Origin: Perkinsela sp. CCAP 1560/9
Taxonomy: Eukaryota > Protista > Euglenozoa: Kinetoplastea
Direction: 5' to 3'
NCBI GenBank assembly: GCA_965644495.1
Contig: CBFFSA010000008.1
Span: forward strand, 434,001-498,000
Length of the DNA stretch: 64,000 nt
In this document: positions 55,939 through 64,000 of the stretch, in pieces
Numbering within the stretch: the first letter of the stretch is position 1
Layout: every line of letters begins with the position of its first letter
Program-made: the position numbers and the translations under genes
Notes under the pieces: generated by a model
The model's database searches: none
What the model saw: only the letters and a program-made list of their open reading frames with translations
Told to the model about the DNA's origin: nothing

Positions 55939-56664
55939 TCAAATAAGGCGTTTGACGAATTGATTCATATAGGCCTCACGGTTCCCAAAGTCTCCCCCTT
56001 CGATAAAATGTCGGCGTTTCTTGTTAATACCACCACGCGGAGCGCTGAGTTTAAAGGGCCACAGCGTAGACGATACCTTGGTGAAACGAGGTCCGCACGT
56101 CGCTAGCTCGTGGACTATATCATCAAAGCATTGAATCGTCTTGCAGTAGGGCAGCGCCTTGCGCACCACCTCATTGTCAGTGAGCCGAATTCGCTTGCCT
56201 CCGATCTTTGCGTAACCACGTTTCAGGACGAGCTTCTGCACGGTACTCGGGCTGAGCTGACCATAGGTTACCCAGGGTTCAATCATGCGCAGCATCGGCA
56301 TTGTGGCCTTGTTAAGACGAAGGAACACTCCGTTGTAGATTTGACGCAGCCGGAACAGAGTCAAGATCTTACGGGGGCGGGGAGGGACCTTGTGAATCCC
56401 TCGGGTACGTACAACGAAGGCTACCTTCGGGCTTCCCTCAGTGACGTATTTCCCCTCGCGTTCGGCGGTACGCTTCAGGGCAGCTTCAGATCGCTCCACC
56501 TGTTGGCGTTTTCGGGCATTCGTAACGGCTCGTTTCAGTACCGTCGCGCGCTGTTGGGCCTCTCGTCGGGCTACCTTGCCCTGTGACTGAGTCACGGCCT
56601 TGACGCGGTCCCGCTTCACCTTTTCCTTCTTCAGTTTCGATTCCGGTACGCGTTGGGTAGTCAT
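55939..56664 (-). CDS. RPL7: 60S ribosomal protein L7 (uL30)
   Basis: VPESKLKK, FVVRTRG, RLRQIYNGVF, LWPFKLSAP and GGDFGNRE. Confidence 0.97.
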   Translation of the reverse strand: MTTQRVPESKLKKEKVKRDRVKAVTQSQGKVARREAQQRATVLKRAVTNARKRQQVERSEAALKRTAEREGKYVTEGSPKVAFVVRTRGIHKVPPRPRKILTLFRLRQIYNGVFLRLNKATMPMLRMIEPWVTYGQLSPSTVQKLVLKRGYAKIGGKRIRLTDNEVVRKALPYCKTIQCFDDIVHELATCGPRFTKVSSTLWPFKLSAPRGGINKKRRHFIEGGDFGNREAYMNQFVKRLI

Positions 56665-56874
56665 AACGAACGTAATTTATAGAATATACAAGACTGAAGT
56701 AATAGGTCTGGAAGATACACCCCGTCTCTGTTGTCGAGAAACTATGCGTAAAAACAGTACCAGGTATACCTGATGTACAGTGTAACTGGATATAAATTCT
56801 GCAACTGGTTGTACATGCCCTTACCTTCGAAAAACCCAAAATTTACTTATGAACCCTACATCCCACCCTCTTAT

Positions 56875-58200
56875 CTACTCCAGTAACCGCCACGAGCCCT
56901 CACCCTGGGGTGTGTGCCGCGTGATCCGGGCATTGATCTCATCCACCTCGTACCACGCCTCATTCTCATCCTTCCACGGCTCGTACGGGTTGTCATAGTA
57001 CCCCTCATACATCGGTTTCTCCGCCTCCTCTACGCGGGCCGCCACCTCGTCCTCTACCGTTACCGGAGCGGCGGTCATCAACCCCCGCGCAGGGAGCTGA
57101 TTCCGAATATGCGGCGGCAGCTCGGTGTACTTCGCCAGCAGCACCTCCTGCTGCATCTGCAGCACCGCCCCCTCGGTGAGCACCAGCCGGTCATGCTGCA
57201 AACAATCGTACACATTAAACCGATTCAACGGAACCGGGTTCTTCGGTCCCTTCGGTCCAAGATACTTCAACCGCTGCCGCTGTCGGTTCCAATCCACCGG
57301 CTCCGGGCATTCCACGATCGGGCGCACCGTCTTCACCCGTCCCTGGGCGAAGCTGCCGTAAAAGAACGACCGGTTAAACTCCTTACTCGGGGCGACCCGG
57401 GAGCCCCCGTCGAGGAACAGCACCCCGGCGCCCGTGTGGCGGGTGTCCCACCGCATGCGCCCGCAGAGCGCGCTGAACCCCCGCGGGGTCGGGCGGGGCA
57501 GCGCGAGGCGCTCCACGACCTGGAGCTTCCCCTGGAGCAGCTTGGTGGTGAGCGCCATGGCGTTCGCGATGCGCCACTTGTGGGGGTTCTGCGGGGGCAT
57601 GCGGCGGGTCCAGGGCTTCATCGGGTTCGAGAGCGCCCCCCAGCCGTACTTGGCCCCTTTGCGGGGTCCGGCGCGGATGAGGCCGGTGCCGGTGTTGGGG
57701 TAGGGCTTCTTGTTGCTGAGGTAGAGCTCGCGACAGCCGTGGTCGGATTGGATTTTGAAGTTCTGACAGCGCTGGTCCCAGTAGTTCCAGGCCCAGTGCA
57801 GGTGCTCCGTGTTGGGGTAGCGCCCGAAGAGGTAGGGGTCGAGCTCGGTGGTGTGGCTGATCTCGTTGTCGAGGGTGAAGACGGGGACAATGAGGGGGAC
57901 GCGGATGGTGTTGTGGGTGTAGACGGGGGTGACGGAGCATTTAAAGTGGGGAAGCTCGGGGAGGGGCTCGGTGAAGTAGGGGTGTACACGTTGGGGGGAG
58001 GGGGCATAGGGAGAAATCAGTGGCCAGCGCAGGGAACTCATGACCGCCCCTCGCAGAGGCAGGGGGTGGGCTCCCGGGATCACTTGGTCGGGGTGCTCGA
58101 GTTGAAAGTCGACCCCCGCACGAGGAGCCAGGGATTGTCCCTGGTCCATTTTCTTCATCTTACTAACAAAGCGGTGGGCAACCCAGTTGCGGTGTAACAT
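56875..58200 (-). CDS. Mitochondrial ribosomal protein uL4m, extended form
   Basis: KKPYPNTGTGLIRAG loop and NVYDCLQHDRLVLTEGAV. Confidence 0.8.
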   Translation of the reverse strand: MLHRNWVAHRFVSKMKKMDQGQSLAPRAGVDFQLEHPDQVIPGAHPLPLRGAVMSSLRWPLISPYAPSPQRVHPYFTEPLPELPHFKCSVTPVYTHNTIRVPLIVPVFTLDNEISHTTELDPYLFGRYPNTEHLHWAWNYWDQRCQNFKIQSDHGCRELYLSNKKPYPNTGTGLIRAGPRKGAKYGWGALSNPMKPWTRRMPPQNPHKWRIANAMALTTKLLQGKLQVVERLALPRPTPRGFSALCGRMRWDTRHTGAGVLFLDGGSRVAPSKEFNRSFFYGSFAQGRVKTVRPIVECPEPVDWNRQRQRLKYLGPKGPKNPVPLNRFNVYDCLQHDRLVLTEGAVLQMQQEVLLAKYTELPPHIRNQLPARGLMTAAPVTVEDEVAARVEEAEKPMYEGYYDNPYEPWKDENEAWYEVDEINARITRHTPQGEGSWRLLE

Positions 58201-58474
58201 GGTGGAAGAAGGGAGGTAACGTTAACGTGTGAAGAGCTATCGAAAAACAACTGGTTGTACAACTAATAAAACAGGGGCATGGCCCTACACTTCACAGTAT
58301 CCTATGCAACAAACACTAATAAACCAGAGGCGCCCGTGCGATAAAATAGGTGAGCAAGAGTAACTCAATAATGTGACCTCACTCATCTTCTATGAGCTCA
58401 CTTCTACTGCAGTTCTATTATTTCTCTACTGCATCTCTCTACTGTACAGAAGACTGCTGTAGTAGTTTAGTGCT

Positions 58475-59188
58475 CTATCTTTCTTCATCGTCTCTACTAA
58501 GCGAATCCCATATTTCAATGTTGGGTGGTATTAATTTCGGTAATAGAAGTCTGCGATGAGTACTGATAGTAATAGTTACTCCAGATATGTCGGCGCCGGG
58601 CGTCAATAAGAACTTTCCGTAAAATCTATTGTAGTGTAGCTGAAGATCGCTAAGGGTACGAGGAAGCATGTCTAATCGAAGGTCTCCGCTAAATCGATTG
58701 GCGAATAAATGAAGAGTATATATTTCGAGGGGCAGGTTTGTCAGATCCACATGGCCTCTGCACCTGTTCCACGAAAGCGTGAGAGTGTCCAGCGTACTTG
58801 GAAGTTCAGCAAAGGATAATGCTCCAGAGAATTTGTTCATATCCAATACAATCTCCACGAGACCACCAGGTAAGTCTGGTACACTCACGATGCCGTGCAG
58901 CGAATTCTGACGTATGTTTAGAAGCCGCGTCTTCTCCGGCAGATACATCCACTGAAGCTCACCTCGCAATCCCCTGAAACACCAGGAGATCCTGATTTCA
59001 GTGTTGTATGTATCTATGCCCGACCAATTCTGTACAGGAGTATCAGCGTTCCATGAACTATGTACATTCTCAAGACGTTCTACAAATTTGCAAAGAACAT
59101 ATTCCGCAGGTAGAGTAGCCCTTCGCACTCTCCCAGGTCTAACTGCAAAAGTGTCGCACGATTGGGCCGCATACAAGCAGAAACTCAT
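58475..59188 (-). CDS. Leucine-rich repeat protein
   Basis: NWSGI cap and LPxxLxxLxLxxNxFSG repeats; paralog of 35894-36667. Confidence 0.9.
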   Translation of the reverse strand: MSFCLYAAQSCDTFAVRPGRVRRATLPAEYVLCKFVERLENVHSSWNADTPVQNWSGIDTYNTEIRISWCFRGLRGELQWMYLPEKTRLLNIRQNSLHGIVSVPDLPGGLVEIVLDMNKFSGALSFAELPSTLDTLTLSWNRCRGHVDLTNLPLEIYTLHLFANRFSGDLRLDMLPRTLSDLQLHYNRFYGKFLLTPGADISGVTITISTHRRLLLPKLIPPNIEIWDSLSRDDEER

Positions 59189-59382
59189 CGTTAGGTGACT
59201 AATTTCAAATGCTTTTTACTTCTACAGTAATTTGACATTACTAATTTTTGTTGTACGCCTTAAGAAATTCGGATACAACATATTAATTCGATAAAACGTC
59301 CATTCGATGCCTCAAAAAAAGTAAAATTGGTAAATTTCATTAACCTACCGAGGAGTTTAATATACACCCATATTTGCGGTGT

Positions 59383-61848
59383 CTAATTGCGATGAAAATG
59401 TCTTTTCTTCTGCATCATTTTCTTTTTCGCCTTGTTTTCAGCAGAGCGCATGTGTTGTTCTAACTGCTTGCCTCGGAGGCGCTTCTTTTTCCCTTTAACC
59501 ATAGCGAATGGACTAAAGCAGGTTTGATCGCCTTCTGGATAATTCCTCACATGTTCCTTCTCACCCACATCAGGTATCTGCATTTTTGTTTTCAGCATCC
59601 ATTTTGAAAATGTCTTCCTGTCGGTTTCAATCTTTATTTTGGATCCCGCCTCGTTCCTAAGACCGCGAAGCATAAGCTTTGCTCGACCAACGTCTTCCTT
59701 AACATATTTCTTCGTTTTCTTATTCCACGCGTATACTGAGCGAAGACTGTTCATTGCCTCCGCCGAGTCAGCGCATAGGTCGTCCGCAACATTTTCTAAG
59801 GTGTCTTCCACTGCAGTAACACACGGTTCGGAAGAAATGTAGTACGCTTCCTCGGAGCTACGATTCCATTTCTTTTCATTTTTGGGGATACTTGACTTCT
59901 TTCCGGTTGGCCTTACTGGAATCTTTTCGTGTTTTCCTATTTTTGTGTCTAACATTCCATGGAGGTCAGTTTTATTGTTAGTGGTCTCAGTTGTGTTGGG
60001 AAATGAGGCGCCGGTGACTCCATCTTTATGCTTACTCTCAGTCAAATTAGATATGAACTTCAAGGCTTCGCGAAAACTATTCTTTTTTGACTCTGAAAGA
60101 TTTTGCTGATTTTTTGCTTGAAATATCGCGCCTCCTCCCCGAAAGGATGAGACATTCTCCACGGCTACATTTTTCTCAGTTTGGTGCTCTCTGATTCTTT
60201 CTAGCTCAGAATGAATTGCCAGTTTGTGCATGAGCTCTCTTCCCTCGGCGTAAAGCGCATGAGCGCAAACCGGTCTAGATCGTTTGTATTGCTTGTACCC
60301 TTTATTTGCGGTGTCTCGAAGCGACATCAGCTCAGCATGATCTCGTAGGGTCATTTCAAGCCATTCGTGCTCGGGTTTCAGGAAATTCGCTGGCACTTTA
60401 CCATACTCGACAGAATGACTCATGTTTTGCTGCTCACTGTTCCCTTTTTCGGAAGGTTCCAGTTTCAGTTTGTTTCGGACGTTCATAAGATACGGGAGCT
60501 CATCAGAGGCGACAAAGGAAAAGGCCACGCCTGGAGCGCCCGCCCGTGCCACGCGCCCCCCTCGATGGATAAACAACTTTTCGGAATGCGGAAAAGAAAC
60601 GTTCAGCACATAGTCTAGGGCGGGAATATCGATCCCCCGAGCTGCGAGGTCCGTTACAAGTAAAAGTGTTGTGTGCTTTCGAATGAATTGACCCATGGCT
60701 TCTTTCCTCGCCTCTTGATCCATGGACCCGTGCAACGCTGAGCATTGATAGCCGTAGAGACGCAACAATTCACTGCAATACTCCACATGATACTTTGTGG
60801 GGAGAAATACGAGAGCTTGTTTGTGGTTGGAAGCAGTATTAGGGTTCGGGTGCTTAGTCTGTTTCCCGAGCAGTTTATTGTGATGAGATGGCGAGGTCGT
60901 AGATGCGTTTTTGTTAGTCTCTCGCTCTATGTTAAGTACGTGCTGTAACAGATAAAGTAGTAATGGAATCCTTTCGTCTTCACGTATGACAAAGAAAGAT
61001 GAAGAAAGTGTGTCGGGTAATTTGGTCTCAGATTCTAAACGAACAAACGTAGCATCGCTCAATCTCGCGGTTGCAAAGTCAGAGAGAATAGATGGCATTG
61101 TGGCCGAAAAGATAGCTTTTTGACAATGTTGAGGAACACGATACATTATTTCTGTGATTTGCGACTGAAATCCTTGCTCGAAGAGACGATCACCTTCGTC
61201 AAGTATCAGCATTTCGATAAGGGAAAGTTGCAACTTTGTTTCGCTTAGTACATGAAGAAGCCGACCTGGTGTCGCTACTACAACATCGGGATTGTTCGCC
61301 AGATTGGTGAACTGCTCCTCCAAGGAGTCACCACCCACTAGAACACAATTACGCAAACTGGTAAACTTCGAAAGATCACGGAGAAATTTTGCCGTCTGAA
61401 GAGCTAATTCTCGTGTGGGAGATAATATCATGCCGCGAATACCGCATATTTCGGAGTGACTGCTCAACAGTTGTAACATTGGGATGAGAAAGGCGGCTGT
61501 CTTACCGCTTCCGGTACGTGCCATTACAATTGCATCCTTACGCTGAAGCAAAAGAGGTATGGTACGTCTCTGAATGGGCGTCGGGTTGCTGTATTTTCGA
61601 TAGGCAATTCCGCGCGTAATTTCGTTGGACAATCCAAACTTTCCAAATCCAGTCATGTTCTTACGAATCTTTGATTGTAGCCCTACAGATACTTCAGCTA
61701 TGGTTCCTTCCACACCTGGAAACACGGTAAGCCGATCGTGTTGCAGAGACGTAAGACATGCGTCTGCTGTTTCCTTTTTATCATCGGAGGATGCTCCTGT
61801 GCTCTCCAACTTCATAAATGTAGGATAAAAATTTAAAAAATGATGCAA
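59383..61848 (-). CDS. DBP10: DEAD-box RNA helicase DBP10/DDX54
   Basis: PTPIQRRTIP, MARTGSGKTAAF, DEGD, SAT and HRGGRVARAG; C-terminal WNKKTKKYV and RNEAG; the true start may be about 33 nt downstream. Confidence 0.92.
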   Translation of the reverse strand: MHHFLNFYPTFMKLESTGASSDDKKETADACLTSLQHDRLTVFPGVEGTIAEVSVGLQSKIRKNMTGFGKFGLSNEITRGIAYRKYSNPTPIQRRTIPLLLQRKDAIVMARTGSGKTAAFLIPMLQLLSSHSEICGIRGMILSPTRELALQTAKFLRDLSKFTSLRNCVLVGGDSLEEQFTNLANNPDVVVATPGRLLHVLSETKLQLSLIEMLILDEGDRLFEQGFQSQITEIMYRVPQHCQKAIFSATMPSILSDFATARLSDATFVRLESETKLPDTLSSSFFVIREDERIPLLLYLLQHVLNIERETNKNASTTSPSHHNKLLGKQTKHPNPNTASNHKQALVFLPTKYHVEYCSELLRLYGYQCSALHGSMDQEARKEAMGQFIRKHTTLLLVTDLAARGIDIPALDYVLNVSFPHSEKLFIHRGGRVARAGAPGVAFSFVASDELPYLMNVRNKLKLEPSEKGNSEQQNMSHSVEYGKVPANFLKPEHEWLEMTLRDHAELMSLRDTANKGYKQYKRSRPVCAHALYAEGRELMHKLAIHSELERIREHQTEKNVAVENVSSFRGGGAIFQAKNQQNLSESKKNSFREALKFISNLTESKHKDGVTGASFPNTTETTNNKTDLHGMLDTKIGKHEKIPVRPTGKKSSIPKNEKKWNRSSEEAYYISSEPCVTAVEDTLENVADDLCADSAEAMNSLRSVYAWNKKTKKYVKEDVGRAKLMLRGLRNEAGSKIKIETDRKTFSKWMLKTKMQIPDVGEKEHVRNYPEGDQTCFSPFAMVKGKKKRLRGKQLEQHMRSAENKAKKKMMQKKRHFHRN

Positions 61849-62190
61849 AACAGCTAAATATGTAAAGATAAATAAATAAATGTGGTTTTTTTTTAAACTT
61901 TTATTCTAAAACAAATGTGAAACAAATATGAAATGAAAATCGAGGGACTAGTAGCCATACTTACGTGGTATCTAAATGCGAGTTGTATGAGCAGCAGTGC
62001 CGTGTGGAATCCTCTATGGGATTCCTGCATCAAGTTATTCTTTCTTACATCATCAGATTACTGGTCTAGTAATTCCAGTCTGGAAGCTTAGATGCAATTG
62101 GGACCAGATTAGATTTCTGGAAGAAACCTACCAGAGCAGGTAGGCATAGTTCCATCTCCACCGCTAGCCATCTCTCCAAACACTGTGACT

Positions 62191-63213
62191 CTACGTACTC
62201 TCTTTCGGGGCTTCTTGATTTGAAGCCTCTAAATATTTAACCCACAACTGAGCCATTTGACAAAGTTTAACAACTGTCAACTTCCACATCGGCAGGGATG
62301 GGTCAACCGCTACCTCTTGTGAGATGTATGCCGCGACTTCCGGAGGCATAGCTCGAGTGAGACCTTTGTGCACCGCCTCCTTGTGACGACTACGAATAAC
62401 CATTTTTAAAAACTGTGAGAGCGCCGCACCGTCCACAGGCACCAAAGGAACGCGTCGAGGACGGAACGCAACAATGGCTGCAGGAGCTTGTGATGAGGGA
62501 TAAAATGTTTCCTCCACGAGCGTTTTCTCAACCCGGGGTGCGAAATAATTCTGACACATGACGGAGAAATATCCAAACGAGTTTGTATCCGATGCAGCAC
62601 ATATTCTCTCGGCCACAGGTTGTTGGAAAAGGGCACGAAATGGCACGGCACCAAGTGAAAAAAGTCCCGTCCGCCGACTCGCTCCCACACAATATCTAAA
62701 AAGCAGTTTGTCTACAGTGTCAAACGGAACGTTGACGAACAAGGAGACCTCTGGATCGGCATCCCACGGTGAAGACCAATTCCGCTCTGGGAAGGTTTCG
62801 GCAATTAGAGCGGCTTCGTCGCAATTCAAAATGTCTGCATTAATCCACCGGAATCGATGCCCCGTTGTCCGCTGAATTCCTTCCAAATAGGTGTTATATT
62901 TTGTGTCCCCCTCAATACCCAATATTCCTTGACATGGTCGAGTGAGCAGACTTCGGGTCAAAGTGCCGGGACCGGATCCCACCTCCACAATAAGTTTCTT
63001 CTCCTGTGGGTGAATTGCCTGAACTAAAGTATGAGTTAGCTTGAGATTCATCATGAAGCGATTTCCTTTGTGTAGCTGGGGAAGCTCGTGTGATTTATGC
63101 ACTTTATACATGTATCGCACGTCCCCACCGCGCATGCGAGGGCCACCCGGACAACGGAGCGTGTCCACCCATTGTCGTCCTTTTTTCGTGAGGGGGACGC
63201 GCCGAACGTCCAT
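62191..63213 (-). CDS. rRNA adenine dimethyltransferase (KsgA/TFB1M-like)
   Basis: VEVGSGPGTLTRSLL, NVPF, FQQPVAERI and FYP. Confidence 0.85.
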   Translation of the reverse strand: MDVRRVPLTKKGRQWVDTLRCPGGPRMRGGDVRYMYKVHKSHELPQLHKGNRFMMNLKLTHTLVQAIHPQEKKLIVEVGSGPGTLTRSLLTRPCQGILGIEGDTKYNTYLEGIQRTTGHRFRWINADILNCDEAALIAETFPERNWSSPWDADPEVSLFVNVPFDTVDKLLFRYCVGASRRTGLFSLGAVPFRALFQQPVAERICAASDTNSFGYFSVMCQNYFAPRVEKTLVEETFYPSSQAPAAIVAFRPRRVPLVPVDGAALSQFLKMVIRSRHKEAVHKGLTRAMPPEVAAYISQEVAVDPSLPMWKLTVVKLCQMAQLWVKYLEASNQEAPKEST

Positions 63214-63453
63214 GAATTACATAAACTTTTATCTGAATATCAATTTGCCTTGTGGATTTGGTTCTGTCTTTATGTCACCGGTTTTCGGTAGTACGAAAAG
63301 TGTTGCGAGCAATACATCTTCAAAAAAATCATTTTAGGGAAATAAGATACATGATTATGACTACATGCAAAATCTTAGTAAAGTTATAAGAATGATTACG
63401 CGCATGTATCATTGATGCAATAATTCGTGCCAGACGCCTTTAGGAGTTATTGT

Positions 63454-64000
63454 TTAAATGGCGCAACCCCACAGACGAAGCACACAATCATCACATCCGG
63501 TCATGAGAGATTGCTGTGTTGGTGAAGCCTCAAGACTACGGGCAGTACCTGGGTGAATGAGGCGGCACAATTGCTGCTCAGAATGAACGTCATATCCTAT
63601 TACTACGCAGTCCTCGGCGTCTGCATTTGTCACAATGACGTTCTCGCGGAAAAGGAACCGTGCGGTCGGTCGTTGAAGTGCATTCAGTTGCTGGGGCGTG
63701 CCATAGGTTCTTACCGCTGTGCAGAATTTTCGCAAATCCCACAAAATACAACGGTTGTCACGCCCGGCACTTAGCAAATAGTTGCCTGTACGTGAAAATC
63801 GAACACTGGTGACATCCACTCCGGAGTGCGCCTGTGTGTTGTTGTGCGTAAGCTCCGCACTCGCACCGTCCCACACTTTCAAAGTGCCATCTGCACTACC
63901 AGTTGCGAAGAGATCCCCATCCGGGTGCAGCGCAAGATCCCAAACCGTGTGTTGATGCGCGTCGGATTCGGAGACGGCACTGGTCAACGTGGCGCTGGTC
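63454..64000 (-). CDS. WD40 protein, CstF50-like, 5' partial
   Basis: ATGSADGTLKVWDG...AHSGVDVTSVRFSRTGNYLLSAGRD; the frame is open to the window end. Confidence 0.75.
   Translation of the reverse strand, partial: TSATLTSAVSESDAHQHTVWDLALHPDGDLFATGSADGTLKVWDGASAELTHNNTQAHSGVDVTSVRFSRTGNYLLSAGRDNRCILWDLRKFCTAVRTYGTPQQLNALQRPTARFLFRENVIVTNADAEDCVVIGYDVHSEQQLCRLIHPGTARSLEASPTQQSLMTGCDDCVLRLWGCAI

Noticed and set aside
56914-58197. 427-aa plus-strand ORF, and similar antisense ORFs over tubulin, ThrE, CRE and 33.4/52 kb
   Set aside because: These are shadow frames of GC-rich minus-strand genes with few stop codons and no recognisable motifs
61188-61202. DEGD instead of DEAD in DBP10
   Set aside because: The third position of motif II is variable and the other helicase motifs are intact
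1-64000. tRNA, rRNA or spliced-leader RNA genes
   Set aside because: No cloverleaf, rRNA or SL exon signature was recognised; the GGTTCGA matches I noticed fall inside coding regions

Overview
This is eukaryotic, intron-free DNA in which about 33 protein genes all lie head-to-tail on the minus strand, as in a polycistronic transcription unit. The BiP ending in MEDL, the extended uL4m, a CRE-clade retrotransposon and a family of short LRR genes point to a kinetoplastid, most like Perkinsela (inference). Housekeeping genes include alpha-tubulin, BiP, 2-Cys peroxiredoxin, RPS19, RPL7, RPC5, RPC9, CDC73, UTP23, DBP10, DHS, a KsgA/TFB1M-type methylase and a CstF50-like WD40 protein. Two mobile-DNA islands interrupt the cluster. 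The first (about 4.95-15.75 kb) holds a decayed bacterial-type IS30, a hairpin-dense segment, an antisense RRM pseudogene, several TA-flanked MITEs and a four-level nest: TA-element > hairpin element > Merlin with 9-bp TSD > Tc1-like MITE. The second (40.9-47.2 kb) is a hAT remnant with an 8-bp TSD. It contains a CRE-like retrotransposon with a 2A-like NPGP motif and 147-bp coding repeats, followed by four poly(A)-tailed SINE-like units, two carrying a structured RNA domain. Separately, at least six roughly 1-kb GC-rich islands show a sharp C-to-G strand-skew inversion inside coding sequences, a candidate footprint of fixed origins or recombination hotspots. All calls come from reading motifs by eye; no searches were run.
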